This document shows, in pieces, positions 53,573 through 63,838 of a stretch of 64,000 nucleotides of DNA (position 1 is its first letter; every line of letters starts with the position of its first letter). This DNA comes from Candidatus Dadabacteria bacterium (GTDB lineage Bacteria; Desulfobacterota_D; UBA1144; Nemesobacterales; CSP1-2), in contig CAWDVW010000005.1 of assembly GCA_963805855.1 (NCBI GenBank), positions 448,001 to 512,000 on the forward strand. Direction: 5' to 3'. A program made the position numbers and the translations under genes. Under the pieces are notes generated by a model. The model ran no database searches, had not been told where the DNA came from, and was given only the letters and a program-made list of their open reading frames with translations.

Positions 53573-54958
53573 ATGCAAAATAAACTAAGCCCCATTCACG
53601 ATGATCACTTCCAAATAGCAAAAGGTATAGTTGGACAGTTAAAAAGCACCGGCTTTAAGGCATTCTTAGTAGGAGGGTGCGTAAGGGATATCGCCATGGG
53701 TATTCCTCCGCAAGAATACGATATTGCCACCAGTGCGACTCCCGGGGATGTTACGAAACTTTTCCCCACCACCGTACCGGTTGGTGTTAGTTTTGGTGTT
53801 GTTCTGGTGCTTGAAGGGAATAAAAGATTTGAGGTTGCTTCGTTCAGAAAAGAGGAAAAATATACAGACGGGAGACACCCCGACCGCGTAGTCTATAGCA
53901 CAGATGAAAAAGAGGACGTGATGAGAAGGGACTTTACGATCAATGGGATGCTTTACGAACCCTTTGAAGAAAAGGTAATTGATCTTATAGGCGGCTTAGA
54001 TGATATAAAAAGAAGGACAGTAAAGACAATCGGAAACCCTGATGATAGATTTAAAGAAGATAAACTTCGAATGCTTAGAGCAGTTCGCTTTGGCGCAGGC
54101 CTAGACTTTGAAATTGAAGAAAATACATTTCTTTCAATTAAATCATTGGCTCCGCTTATAACCCAGGTGAGTAAAGAGCGAATAAGAGATGAGATTATAA
54201 AGATAATAATTCAAAATCACCCCGGCAACGGCCTTAGACTCCTTAGGGAATCCAGACTTTTGAGATATATTCTTCCCGAGGTTGAGAAAATGAACGGTGT
54301 GCCTCAGCCACCAGAATTTCATCCAGAAGGCGATGTCTTTATCCATACCTGTATGATACTCGACAAGCTTTACGAAATCGCTGGAGGGAAAAACTCCGCC
54401 GAGTTAGCCATGGGCGCTCTTCTCCACGACGTTGGAAAACCTGATACATACACTGTTAGCGATAGAATTAGGTTTAACGGCCATGATCGAGTTGGCGCTA
54501 GGATAGCAAAGAACATCTGCAAGGATCTAAAGTTTTCCAAGAAGCAAATCGAAATTATAACATCCCTAGTTAAGGAGCATCTAAAATTCAAAGATGTTTT
54601 TAAGATGAGGGAGGCCACTATAAAAAGATTCCTCGGCATGTCAAAGTTCAACGATCATCTTAAACTTCACTTAGCGGATTGCCTCGCTAGCCACGGATCA
54701 ACAGAGGCATACGATTTAATAGTTAATAAACTGAAAGATTATAAAAAAGAGGAGCTGAAACCGACACCGCTCATTAATGGATACGACCTCATCGATATGG
54801 GATATCCGAGAGGCCCGCTGTACTCAAAGATACTCGACTCATTAGAGGAGGCACAGCTTGAAGGTATTGTGAATAACAAGGAAGAGGCTAAGAGTTTTAT
54901 TCAAAAAAGATTTCCCTTAGAAAACTTTATCCGATTTCCCAAAGAAATGGATGAATGA
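53573..54958 (+). CDS. cca: tRNA nucleotidyltransferase (CCA-adding family) with HD domain
   Basis: VGGCVRD, YDIAT, RRDFTING, EDKLRMLRAVRF, HPEGDV, LLHDVGKP. Confidence 0.85.
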   Translation: MQNKLSPIHDDHFQIAKGIVGQLKSTGFKAFLVGGCVRDIAMGIPPQEYDIATSATPGDVTKLFPTTVPVGVSFGVVLVLEGNKRFEVASFRKEEKYTDGRHPDRVVYSTDEKEDVMRRDFTINGMLYEPFEEKVIDLIGGLDDIKRRTVKTIGNPDDRFKEDKLRMLRAVRFGAGLDFEIEENTFLSIKSLAPLITQVSKERIRDEIIKIIIQNHPGNGLRLLRESRLLRYILPEVEKMNGVPQPPEFHPEGDVFIHTCMILDKLYEIAGGKNSAELAMGALLHDVGKPDTYTVSDRIRFNGHDRVGARIAKNICKDLKFSKKQIEIITSLVKEHLKFKDVFKMREATIKRFLGMSKFNDHLKLHLADCLASHGSTEAYDLIVNKLKDYKKEELKPTPLINGYDLIDMGYPRGPLYSKILDSLEEAQLEGIVNNKEEAKSFIQKRFPLENFIRFPKEMDE

Positions 54959-54984
54959 TTATTTTGAGTTTTCCTAAACTATAA

Positions 54985-55416
54985 TTACTTATAAATGTCT
55001 TGGTCAAAATCAGGAGATATATACCATGCCTTACCGACCAAGATCCAACTGTCATCAACTATCAATGTCTTTTCAGAAACCGAAGGGTACTTATAAAACG
55101 TAATTAAAACCTCAATCGTTCCTTCTTGCCCCTCCTCGTCCAGAAGGACCTTTTTAACCTGATAATCCGTTATATTTAGGTTATCTTTATTCCGCTGTAC
55201 GAAGTCTTCAAACTGACTCCTCTCCTCCTGGTTAACCAAAGCCACTGCCTTGTCGTAGTATTTCCACATCAGTAGCTTATAGTACAGATCGGCGGATTCT
55301 GCAGGTGATTCCCTGCTTGGACCAGGTAAGCCAGGAGCCTTCAGTAATTCACTCATTGAATTACAGCCAAGGAGGAACAGGATTGAGAACGCAATTAATA
55401 ATTTATGTTTCATCAA
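54985..55416 (-). CDS. Hypothetical lipoprotein
   Basis: Lipobox LLGC. Confidence 0.7.
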   Translation of the reverse strand: MMKHKLLIAFSILFLLGCNSMSELLKAPGLPGPSRESPAESADLYYKLLMWKYYDKAVALVNQEERSQFEDFVQRNKDNLNITDYQVKKVLLDEEGQEGTIEVLITFYKYPSVSEKTLIVDDSWILVGKAWYISPDFDQDIYK

Positions 55417-55487
55417 CAGAATCTCAAATTATGATAGGACATTGGCGAATCCAAGCTGTTGTTAAAGGAATGAAATCAATAAACGCC

Positions 55488-55523
55488 AAGTGAGAGAATA
55501 AAGATTTCTTTACTCTCTCACTT
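55488..55523 (-). terminator. Hairpin downstream of atpE
   Basis: AAGTGAGAGA..TAAAGA / TCTTTA..TCTCTCACTT inverted repeat. Confidence 0.55.
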
Positions 55524-55542
55524 TGATCGCTTGCATTTATTA

Positions 55543-55881
55543 CTAGATTTTGGACTGAAGCAAAAAGGTGATTGCCAGGGCATATATCACTAGAGACTCT
55601 ATCAGAGCAAGACCTATGATCATAGGTGTCTGTATTTTTGAAGCTGCTCCGGGATTTCTTGCAATTCCGCTTAAGGCAGCTGCTGTAGCCCTCCCCTGAC
55701 CGATCCCACCTATTCCTGCGGCAATACCAATTCCAAGACCGCTTCCGATAGCAAGGCCTAGCTTGGCGAGCTCTCCCAGCTGTCCACCGGCCTCAGCGGC
55801 TTCCTGGGCCATAACATCTGGAACCAAGACCGCTAAAACAGCGAGCCCTACAACAGTGGCAAATGCCAGAACCTTTTTCAT
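55543..55881 (-). CDS. atpE: ATP synthase F0 subunit c
   Basis: [18 protein letters not shown]. Confidence 0.95.
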   Translation of the reverse strand: MKKVLAFATVVGLAVLAVLVPDVMAQEAAEAGGQLGELAKLGLAIGSGLGIGIAAGIGGIGQGRATAAALSGIARNPGAASKIQTPMIIGLALIESLVIYALAITFLLQSKI

Positions 55882-55936
55882 CTGAACACCTCCTTCGAGT
55901 TAATGGTTATTGAACTTAAAAACTGAATTTTTATTA

Positions 55937-56635
55937 TTATATCTCCGAATGTTCATGTGATATAGAAAGCGCTATATAAATAGCCGAAAGAATGGTAAAG
56001 ATAAAGGCCTGAAGAAAAGATATAAAAATCCCGAGCGCGATAAATATCGCAGGGATCACAAGATGTGTAAGATTCGTGAATATCCCCAAGACCAGATGAT
56101 CACCCGTCATATTCCAGAATAGCCTTAATGATAGCGACAAGGGCCGAACAAGATGACTGATAACCTCTATAATGATCATCAAAGGCGCAAGATAAATCAT
56201 GGGACCCATAAAATGCTTTAGATAACCAATACCATTCTCCTTAAATCCATAAAAGTTATACATGACGAAAATAACCAGGGCACATGCAACCGGTGTATTA
56301 TAATTGCCAGTTGGTGCAAGAAATCCAGGGATCAATCCAAGAAGGTTAGCAAAGAGAATGAAGAAGAACGTTGTGGCCAACAACGGGAAATACATCTTCG
56401 CATGATGACGAGATCCAAATATACCTGTCAATAAATCAAGCAGAAAATCTATACTCAAGATCTCAAAAATATTTCTTATAGAGAACTTCTCATCCGGAAG
56501 AATCGAATCTTTGTCGGATAGACTCTTCTTTATCTTCAATCCGGCGAAGATCAGAAAAAGTACTACCAGTATCGCGCCAAAAACCGGATCATACTGCCCC
56601 AATCCAAGTAATGTAAACCAGCTATAATGCTCCAT
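55937..56635 (-). CDS. atpB: ATP synthase F0 subunit a
   Basis: NLLGLIPG, RPLSLSLRLFWNM, LQAFIFTILS; start likely MEHYSW at 56635. Confidence 0.93.
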   Translation of the reverse strand: MEHYSWFTLLGLGQYDPVFGAILVVLFLIFAGLKIKKSLSDKDSILPDEKFSIRNIFEILSIDFLLDLLTGIFGSRHHAKMYFPLLATTFFFILFANLLGLIPGFLAPTGNYNTPVACALVIFVMYNFYGFKENGIGYLKHFMGPMIYLAPLMIIIEVISHLVRPLSLSLRLFWNMTGDHLVLGIFTNLTHLVIPAIFIALGIFISFLQAFIFTILSAIYIALSISHEHSEI

Positions 56636-57008
56636 CCTTGTTTCCTCTGAGGCTTTCTCCAATAATTACTATAACTACGCCTGAAACCCCAATAAAAAAG
56701 CCATAGATATTGAGTTTTGTAAACAGAAAGAAAATGACAACCATAGCAACAAGCACCAGCATCTTGACGAGCAGAATAAAAATGCTGTACCCCTTTGTGT
56801 AGGCCTTACCGATAAGAGCACCAACCAGCAACCTGATTGCCAAAAAATTTGCTATTACCAACAAACCACCAACAGCCACCCCTATTGCCAGCGCCTGGGA
56901 TCCAAGAATCAAATTTACCAGAACAAGAATTCCAGTAACAACTATTCCGCTCTTCTCAACTCTCCCAAGAGTTAAGTTCTTGTTTATGTTCATCGCTGTT
57001 GATGTCAT
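56622..57008 (-). CDS. atpI: ATP synthase subunit I
   Basis: Four-TM protein directly upstream of atpB. Confidence 0.75.
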   Translation of the reverse strand: MTSTAMNINKNLTLGRVEKSGIVVTGILVLVNLILGSQALAIGVAVGGLLVIANFLAIRLLVGALIGKAYTKGYSIFILLVKMLVLVAMVVIFFLFTKLNIYGFFIGVSGVVIVIIGESLRGNKDGAL

Positions 57009-57190
57009 TTTATTTTTTTGGCCATCCTAATCAGGAGTGCAAACCCCGAAATCATACCAGCTATGAGACCAATAATCGTAAACCATGGGGTTTTAGCACC
57101 TATCCATTTATCGACATAGTGACCTAAAATAAGCCCGGCCACAACTGAAAAAGCTAATTCAACGCCTATGGCAAAGTATTGTAACCACAA
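57005..57190 (-). CDS. atpZ: AtpZ/AtpI-family small membrane protein
   Basis: GLILGHYVDKW...PWFTIIGL. Confidence 0.75.
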   Translation of the reverse strand: MWLQYFAIGVELAFSVVAGLILGHYVDKWIGAKTPWFTIIGLIAGMISGFALLIRMAKKIK

Positions 57191-57231
57191 TAGGTTCTTT
57201 TTTTCTTTAACCTTTAAATTTCCTCCCGCTA

Positions 57232-58521
57232 TTAAAACGATTTCGCCACTCTTGAAAACGCCTTTAGAGTCATATCAATATCCGATTCTTTATGAGCGAG
57301 CGATACAAACACGGCTTCAAACTGAGAAGGCGGAAACATAATACCAGCCTTTAATAGGCTTTTAAAGAACCTAGCATAAATTTTTGTATCGGACTTTAAA
57401 GCGGTCTCATAATCAACAACATCGGAGTCTGTGAAAAAGATAGTGAACATGGAACCTATTGAATTTATCCTGGCATTTATACTGTGTTTCTTTAAGATCT
57501 TATCCATACCTTTGACAAGTTGTTGAGTCATTTCATTCAGTTTCTTATAGGTCCCCTTTTTTCGAAGACCATTTATAGTCGACATTCCTGCCGCCATTGC
57601 AAGCGGATTTCCCGACAATGTTCCTGCCTGGTAAACAGGACCAATCGGAGCAACCAACTTCATTATTTCTCTCTTCCCACCATAGGCACCTACAGGGAGA
57701 CCACCTCCAATTATTTTACCCAGGCACGTTAGATCCGGCGTTACGCCGTAAGTCTTTTGAGCCCCTCCAAGACCCAACCTGAATCCACTAATGACCTCAT
57801 CAAATATAAGCAATGCACCGTTATCCTCTGTAATCCTTCTTAAAGACTCCAAAAACCCCTCGACAGGTGTTACAACTCCCATATTCGCCGCTACAGGTTC
57901 GATTATTATTGCAGCTATTTTATCTTTATGCTTTCTAAAAAGATTTCGTACCGACTCAATATCATTGAACCTAGCCAGAAGCGTATTTAAAGTAAACCCT
58001 TTTGGCACTCCAGGGCTGGAAGGAGTTCCAAATGTAGTTGCACCTGATCCGGCTTTCACCAGAAGGTAATCTGCGTGGCCATGGTAGCATCCTTCAAACT
58101 TCACAATTAAATCGCGGCCGGTAAATGCCCTTGCCACCCTAACGGCACTCATTGTAGCTTCAGTGCCCGAATTTGTCATACGGACCATTTCAATCGAGGG
58201 GAATGCTTTTACAATAAGTTCTGAAAGCTCTATTTCCCTTTCACACGAGGCTCCAAAACTTGTCCCATTTTCAGCGGCCTTTTTTATCGCTCTTACAACA
58301 TCTGGGTGGGCATGTCCCAGAATTAGAGGTCCCCAAGAAGCGATATAATCTATATACTTATTTCCATCCTCATCATATACATATGCGCCTTTTCCCCTTG
58401 ATATAAATATCGGACTGCCACCCACAGCTCTGTAGGAACGAACCGGGCTATTCACGCCGCCCGGCATCAAACGCTCCGCTAGTTTTTGCAATCTGGTTGA
58501 TTTACTAGTTTTCAATCTCAT
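57232..58521 (-). CDS. hemL: Glutamate-1-semialdehyde 2,1-aminomutase
   Basis: PGGVNSPVR, NSGTEATM, FEGCYHG, FDEVISGFR, GKIIGGG. Confidence 0.96.
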   Translation of the reverse strand: MRLKTSKSTRLQKLAERLMPGGVNSPVRSYRAVGGSPIFISRGKGAYVYDEDGNKYIDYIASWGPLILGHAHPDVVRAIKKAAENGTSFGASCEREIELSELIVKAFPSIEMVRMTNSGTEATMSAVRVARAFTGRDLIVKFEGCYHGHADYLLVKAGSGATTFGTPSSPGVPKGFTLNTLLARFNDIESVRNLFRKHKDKIAAIIIEPVAANMGVVTPVEGFLESLRRITEDNGALLIFDEVISGFRLGLGGAQKTYGVTPDLTCLGKIIGGGLPVGAYGGKREIMKLVAPIGPVYQAGTLSGNPLAMAAGMSTINGLRKKGTYKKLNEMTQQLVKGMDKILKKHSINARINSIGSMFTIFFTDSDVVDYETALKSDTKIYARFFKSLLKAGIMFPPSQFEAVFVSLAHKESDIDMTLKAFSRVAKSF

Positions 58522-58742
58522 TGACAGATTACGGTGGAAGGACAATTATAGAAAAAGCCTGTATAAATAAGTGGGAAACTCCAAATGGCTTACAAAACCA
58601 TCCCTCAAGAACCCAAAATAAGCAAAGGGGGGGGAAGAAGATTTCTTCTCTCCTTTCCCCCCACCTCATCTTGCTATTTATTGGCCCTAAACATGTAAAA
58701 AAATAGAGCCTGATTTTCTACAAAAGCAGGACTACTTTCACC

Positions 58743-59507
58743 TTAATTATATTTAAAGTAAATCCTGGCCCCTACTTTCGCTTGAGGCTGCATGGGAACA
58801 AAGTGTGCCCTTCTGTTTAGCTGATAGGCCTCTTCAGTTGTACCAGCCCCAAACTTCTCTGTTTCACCACCACTTGAAGTCTGTATCCTCATTGGATCAA
58901 TTCCTAGCTGGACAAGATAAGCCTTGGTTGAATCAGCTCTCCTCTGAGCAAGCCTCAGGTTATATGCGGGAGTACCCCTTATATCAGCGTAACCCTCGAT
59001 CATAACCGTCATATTCATGCTGTCTCGAAGTAGTTGAGCGTCCTCTTCGAGAACTGCGGCTGCGTCAGGTCGAATATTGTACTTATCAAAATCAAAGAAA
59101 ATATCCTTCAATTCAGGCGCAGGTGGCGGCGGGGGTGGCGGCGGTGCTACTGTCGTACACTTAAACTTAGCTTCATCCGCCTTTGCTTTAGCATCAATGA
59201 GCATCCTTCTAGCCTCTAGTTCGCTACAAAACTCACTCGCAAGGGCTCTTCCTTTAGCAAGCGCACTCTCTGCGGCCGCAAGTTCCTCATCTCCACACGG
59301 ATATCCGCAATACTGCGCATCCGGCTGCCCCACATTTTTACACCAGTCCGTTTTGCAAGCGTCACATTGAGCTTTAGCGTCTGCAAACGCTGACTCAGCA
59401 TCGGCAAGCTCCTTTGTTGGGGGGGGAGTTGCACAGCTCACTAAATAAAGCAATGCAACAATTAGCAAGGGAAAACCTAGCAAAATAATCTGCTTATCCC
59501 TTTTCAT
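58743..59507 (-). CDS. Pal/OmpA-family lipoprotein with Cys-rich DUF4398-like N-domain and poly-Pro linker
   Basis: LVSC lipobox, DIFFDFDK, IEGYADIRG, YNLRLAQRRA, NRRAHF. Confidence 0.85.
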   Translation of the reverse strand: MKRDKQIILLGFPLLIVALLYLVSCATPPPTKELADAESAFADAKAQCDACKTDWCKNVGQPDAQYCGYPCGDEELAAAESALAKGRALASEFCSELEARRMLIDAKAKADEAKFKCTTVAPPPPPPPPAPELKDIFFDFDKYNIRPDAAAVLEEDAQLLRDSMNMTVMIEGYADIRGTPAYNLRLAQRRADSTKAYLVQLGIDPMRIQTSSGGETEKFGAGTTEEAYQLNRRAHFVPMQPQAKVGARIYFKYN

Positions 59508-59572
59508 TTTACTGCACCTCCTTTAAGAGTATTTATTTACAAAATCAGTAACCTATAATAATACTAATAAAT

Positions 59573-60286
59573 CTAAACCGCAAGTTCATCTAATTTCTCT
59601 TTTGCGATCTTAGCTTCATCCGACTTTGGGTATTTATCGATCAGGGTCTGAAGAAAAAGCTTGGCCTCTTCCTTTCTCCCTATATTAATCAACGCGAGCC
59701 CTTGTTTTAAATATGATAAAGGAACCCTTGAGTCTTTTGGATAGGTATCAATAAATCGCTGGAAATCCAGTATAGCCTGTTCAAATTTACCCTCTCGGTA
59801 ATATGACTCAGCGATCCAGTAGATAGCGTCCGACGCCTCTGGTGAAGTTGGATTTTGGTCCAGAAACAGATTGAATTGTTCCCTTGCCTTATTGTAGTTT
59901 CCCTCGCTAAGATCTTTGTATCCAGCAGAAAACAACGGAGCACTCGCCTGAGTTGAACCGGTACTTCCCCCCGTTATCATGTTTTCGAACTGAGAACTGG
60001 AAGATTGTACACTACTCAATTCATCGACCCTTTTCTTAAGAGCTGAGTTTGCTCTTTCCATATTATTTACCTTTTTTTCTAAAGCCACTAATTCATCCAT
60101 CATCTCACCGCTGTTTGAAGCTAACGATTGTCTTTTAATCGCTTCAATCTCCTGCGACAACTTCTCCGTTTTAGCTTCTAGCCTATTCTGCCTAATATAA
60201 ACCCCCCTAACGTCATCCTGCGTAGCGACACACCCAAATAACATGATAAAGCCGGGTAACGCGAAAAAAATATACCTATATCTCAT
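59573..60286 (-). CDS. cpoB: Tol-Pal protein CpoB/YbgF
   Basis: Lipobox, coiled coil, TPRs (AIYWIAESYY, LIDKYPKS); between two Pal-like genes. Confidence 0.82.
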   Translation of the reverse strand: MRYRYIFFALPGFIMLFGCVATQDDVRGVYIRQNRLEAKTEKLSQEIEAIKRQSLASNSGEMMDELVALEKKVNNMERANSALKKRVDELSSVQSSSSQFENMITGGSTGSTQASAPLFSAGYKDLSEGNYNKAREQFNLFLDQNPTSPEASDAIYWIAESYYREGKFEQAILDFQRFIDTYPKDSRVPLSYLKQGLALINIGRKEEAKLFLQTLIDKYPKSDEAKIAKEKLDELAV

Positions 60287-60297
60287 TAAAATTAATA

Positions 60298-61029
60298 TTA
60301 CCTTGAAGCCTGTGGGGACATCAACACCGGGACAAAATGCGCTCTTCTGTTTTGCTGATAATCATATTCCGTAGCCCCCGGTGCCCACTGTTCAGTTTCG
60401 CCTTTACTTATAGTCTCAAGAGAAGACGGGGAAACACCAATTCCTACGAGAAAGGACTTGGTAGAATCAGCCCTTCTTTGTCCCAAAGCCAGGTTATATT
60501 CTTCCGTACCACGAATGTCGCAATATCCTTCAATCACAACAACCCTTAACCTACCAGAATTGCTATTAATTATACTCGCATTGGTCTGAAGTGTCGGCCT
60601 CGCATCGGATCTGATATCTGACCTATCATAATCAAAGAAAACATCCATCATTCCCATACTCGATCCACCAGCACCCTTGAGCATTGAAAGCTCCTCTTCC
60701 AACGCCTGTGATTCGGCACCGCTCATGCCTCCTCTGGCAGCGGCACTTTCTGCCTTCCCCTTCGCTTCAATCGCTTTGTATCTAGCGTCCACTAATAGGT
60801 CACGTGCTTCTTTATGCCTACCAGCCGCCATCATTTCTTTCGCTCTATTGATGAGCTCTTGTGCGGCTTCGTACTCAGCCGGCGCAAGCTCTGGAGCACC
60901 CGCCTGTCTCGCTGCTTCTAGTGCGGCCTCAGCATCTTCAAGCTCCTTATTGCTATTCGCACAACCAGTCGAGTAAATAGACAGGGCAAAAATCATTAAA
61001 ACAACTAGAGAAAAAACCTTTTCTTTCAT
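60298..61029 (-). CDS. Pal-like lipoprotein with DUF4398-like N-domain
   Basis: STGC lipobox, AGAPELAP, VFFDYD, IEGYCDIRGTEEYNLALGQRRA; start likely MKEK at 61029. Confidence 0.85.
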   Translation of the reverse strand: MKEKVFSLVVLMIFALSIYSTGCANSNKELEDAEAALEAARQAGAPELAPAEYEAAQELINRAKEMMAAGRHKEARDLLVDARYKAIEAKGKAESAAARGGMSGAESQALEEELSMLKGAGGSSMGMMDVFFDYDRSDIRSDARPTLQTNASIINSNSGRLRVVVIEGYCDIRGTEEYNLALGQRRADSTKSFLVGIGVSPSSLETISKGETEQWAPGATEYDYQQNRRAHFVPVLMSPQASR

Positions 61030-61354
61030 CAATCGACCTCCGAGCATAATCTCATCCTATCTCTTTAATAGCATTTTATCATTTTGTTATACATGTGATT
61101 TTTACATTATTTTGTGATGTAAGTCAAGAGATTTTTTAAAGAAATAATCATTGTATGGGTTATGGAATTGCCGTTTTTAATCCATAATACTCTTAATTCA
61201 TTAATTTATCATAGAAATATTATCAAAAAAGTGGTCGATGTGTTATTATTGAAAACAAATATTCTAAACATACAGGGGCAAATCGTGCGGCGATTGCTCT
61301 TCATATTTCGCTAATGATTTAAGACCTTTATTCAAGCATAAAAAGGAGTTAGGG

Positions 61355-61936
61355 ATGAGCAAAGAAGAAGGAAGTTCTGTAGCGGGCGCCTTTTGGACCT
61401 TAGCACCTGTTGTCGCAATTACAAGCTCCTGGCAAGGCAAAGTGAATGCCCAAATTGCAGTTACAGTCATCACAGCGTCTATCGTTCACACCATACCCAG
61501 GTTAATAGTAGGAATCTGGAAGGGTAATTACACACACGAATTCATCATAAACAGTAAATCACTCGCAGTTCATCTATTAAGAAAAGATCAGATCGGTTTG
61601 GTAAGGAACTTCGGATTTTACACCGGTAGAGAAAGAAAAAAGCTAAAAGAAGTCACATTTAGCTTGGGAATGTCCGGAAGCCCTATTCTTCACGATGCCC
61701 ACTCTTTTGCCGACTGTAAGGTAATTAATGCAATGGACGGTGGTGATATGACAACATTCATGGCCGATGTTATTGATGGTGGAATAATTAGTGGGGGTGA
61801 ATGGATGACCCTTAGTTATTTTTATAGTGCGGCTCCTCCGGAATGGATAACCGAATATGCCGAGAAGCTATCCAGATCTGTAGCTCTTTCGCTAGAAGGG
61901 ATTCATCAGATAAGCTACGAACCATGGAACCCTTGA
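61355..61936 (+). CDS. Flavin reductase-like (FMN-binding split barrel) protein
   Basis: VNAQIA, NYTHEFI, FGFYTGR, GSPIL, GGDMT. Confidence 0.8.
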   Translation: MSKEEGSSVAGAFWTLAPVVAITSSWQGKVNAQIAVTVITASIVHTIPRLIVGIWKGNYTHEFIINSKSLAVHLLRKDQIGLVRNFGFYTGRERKKLKEVTFSLGMSGSPILHDAHSFADCKVINAMDGGDMTTFMADVIDGGIISGGEWMTLSYFYSAAPPEWITEYAEKLSRSVALSLEGIHQISYEPWNP

Positions 61937-62341
61937 TTTTATTGGGCAAGAAATGAGAAGTTCATCATAAAAATATCAATTTAGCGAATCGCGTCTATAT
62001 TCACCACTCATTTATCCATGATAGGGTCTTTTAATTCTAAAACCTGAAATATTCATTCGTGCTCGTATATTAAGTAAAACATATACTTGGGTTTTTGTTT
62101 CATTTCTGTTATAATTTAGAGGTTATTAATTGTAAAACATTAAAAGCTAGACTTCGGAGTCAAAGACAGGGATAAAACACTGGCTAGAAATTCTGGTAAC
62201 TATTCTAATATCTTCACAAGTAACGATAACAAAATCAACCCTTACCTCAAACTATTCCCAAACAAAGAAAATAATCTTAATTCCTCGGTGTTACAATAGA
62301 TTAATTCAAATAACTTAATTGGGAGGACCAATTTACTCAAT

Positions 62342-63310
62342 ATGCAAGATACCTTAAAAGAATTAGATGAAATCACGAGCGAGATAGTCTTCGAAGACAA
62401 TGGCGCTATAATGGAGCTCTACGGTGAACATAACGAAAACCTAAAAGAAATTGAGAATATATTTGGAGTTAGCATTTACTCAAGGGGCGGGAAAATTACC
62501 ATTAAAGGCGCAGGTAAGGGAGTGGAGGCTTCAACAAAGTTCCTCAATGAAATTTATAATATCATCACAAAGGGGTATAAACTCGAACTAGGAGACATTG
62601 AACCTGCTGCCAGGATAGTCATTGAAGATAAGGTTTCACTCGAAGAAATCTTCTTGGATACCGTCTGTATATCAACAAGGAAAAGAATAATTGCGCCCAA
62701 AAGCATAACCCAGAAGATATATATAGAAGCCATTCGTAAAAATGATATTGTTTTTGGTATCGGTCCTGCGGGAACGGGTAAAACCTATCTCGCTATGGCT
62801 ATGGCTGTTTCAGCCTTCTTAAATCGTGAGGTAAGCAGGATAATACTGACCAGACCAGCGGTTGAGGCAGGGGAAAAATTAGGGTTCTTACCCGGAGATC
62901 TCAGTCAAAAGGTCGACCCTTACCTTAGGCCGCTATTCGATGCACTTTTTGACATGATGGATATCGAAAAGTCCTCAAGACTAATCGAAAAGGGAGCAAT
63001 TGAAATTGCACCATTGGCCTTTATGAGGGGGAGGACCCTAAACGACGCATTTGTGATTCTGGATGAGGCGCAAAATACAACTTCTCTGCAGATGAAAATG
63101 TTTTTAACACGGCTGGGTTTTAGTTCGAAGGCTGTAATCACCGGAGATACAACCCAGGTTGACCTTGGTCAAAACGATAAATCCGGACTCCTTGAAGTCG
63201 AACAGCTTCTCAAGGGTATAGACGAGATATCTTTTGTTTACTTCACCAAAAGGGATGTCATAAGGCACCCCCTAGTAAAGCGAATCATAGAGGCGTATGA
63301 AAAAGTTTGA
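62342..63310 (+). CDS. phoH: PhoH-family ATPase
   Basis: GPAGTGKT, RPAVEAGEKLGFLPG, MRGRTL, DEAQN, RHPLV. Confidence 0.93.
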   Translation: MQDTLKELDEITSEIVFEDNGAIMELYGEHNENLKEIENIFGVSIYSRGGKITIKGAGKGVEASTKFLNEIYNIITKGYKLELGDIEPAARIVIEDKVSLEEIFLDTVCISTRKRIIAPKSITQKIYIEAIRKNDIVFGIGPAGTGKTYLAMAMAVSAFLNREVSRIILTRPAVEAGEKLGFLPGDLSQKVDPYLRPLFDALFDMMDIEKSSRLIEKGAIEIAPLAFMRGRTLNDAFVILDEAQNTTSLQMKMFLTRLGFSSKAVITGDTTQVDLGQNDKSGLLEVEQLLKGIDEISFVYFTKRDVIRHPLVKRIIEAYEKV

Positions 63311-63374
63311 ATTTTGCGAATGGCTTGTCAAAAATTTCAAACATATTGTATAATTTCAAATTTGGAAGCTAGTT

Positions 63375-63818
63375 ATGACCAGAATATCTAATTTTTTCCT
63401 ATTCATATTTATTCCAGCAGTCCTGATTTCTTGTAATAAGCAATGGCAAGATCCGAACACGGCCGTCCCCTATAAGCATACATCAATACGGGAAATATTA
63501 ATAGCGCCAATAGGTTATGACAGTGCGGGGGTATCGGTCGAAGGTATGGTCTGGGATTTAAATTATGATCTGCTTGTTGAAGATGAAAAAGAAATCCCAT
63601 ATACGAGCTTCAAAATTGCAGACTCTGACGGGAATTATGTCAATGTATTCGCAGAAGGGAATTACCCTTTGATTGATGGTGACCAAGTAAAAGTAATCGG
63701 AGTGTATAGAAGGGAGCAGATTACAGAATATCGTAAATACATCAATGAGATCGATGCCAATAGTATAGAAGTGGGAAGGACATCCACATTATATAAAATT
63801 TATAGGTACATACGTTAA
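63375..63818 (+). CDS. Hypothetical lipoprotein, possible OB fold
   Basis: LISC lipobox; VSVEG, GDQVKVIG. Confidence 0.6.
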   Translation: MTRISNFFLFIFIPAVLISCNKQWQDPNTAVPYKHTSIREILIAPIGYDSAGVSVEGMVWDLNYDLLVEDEKEIPYTSFKIADSDGNYVNVFAEGNYPLIDGDQVKVIGVYRREQITEYRKYINEIDANSIEVGRTSTLYKIYRYIR

Positions 63819-63838
63819 CTGACTAAGATAGGCTTACA

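Noticed and set aside
61274-61300. c-di-GMP-I riboswitch (GGGCAAA start)
   Set aside because: Lacks the GAAA tetraloop and GACGCAAAGC elements; a simple hairpin
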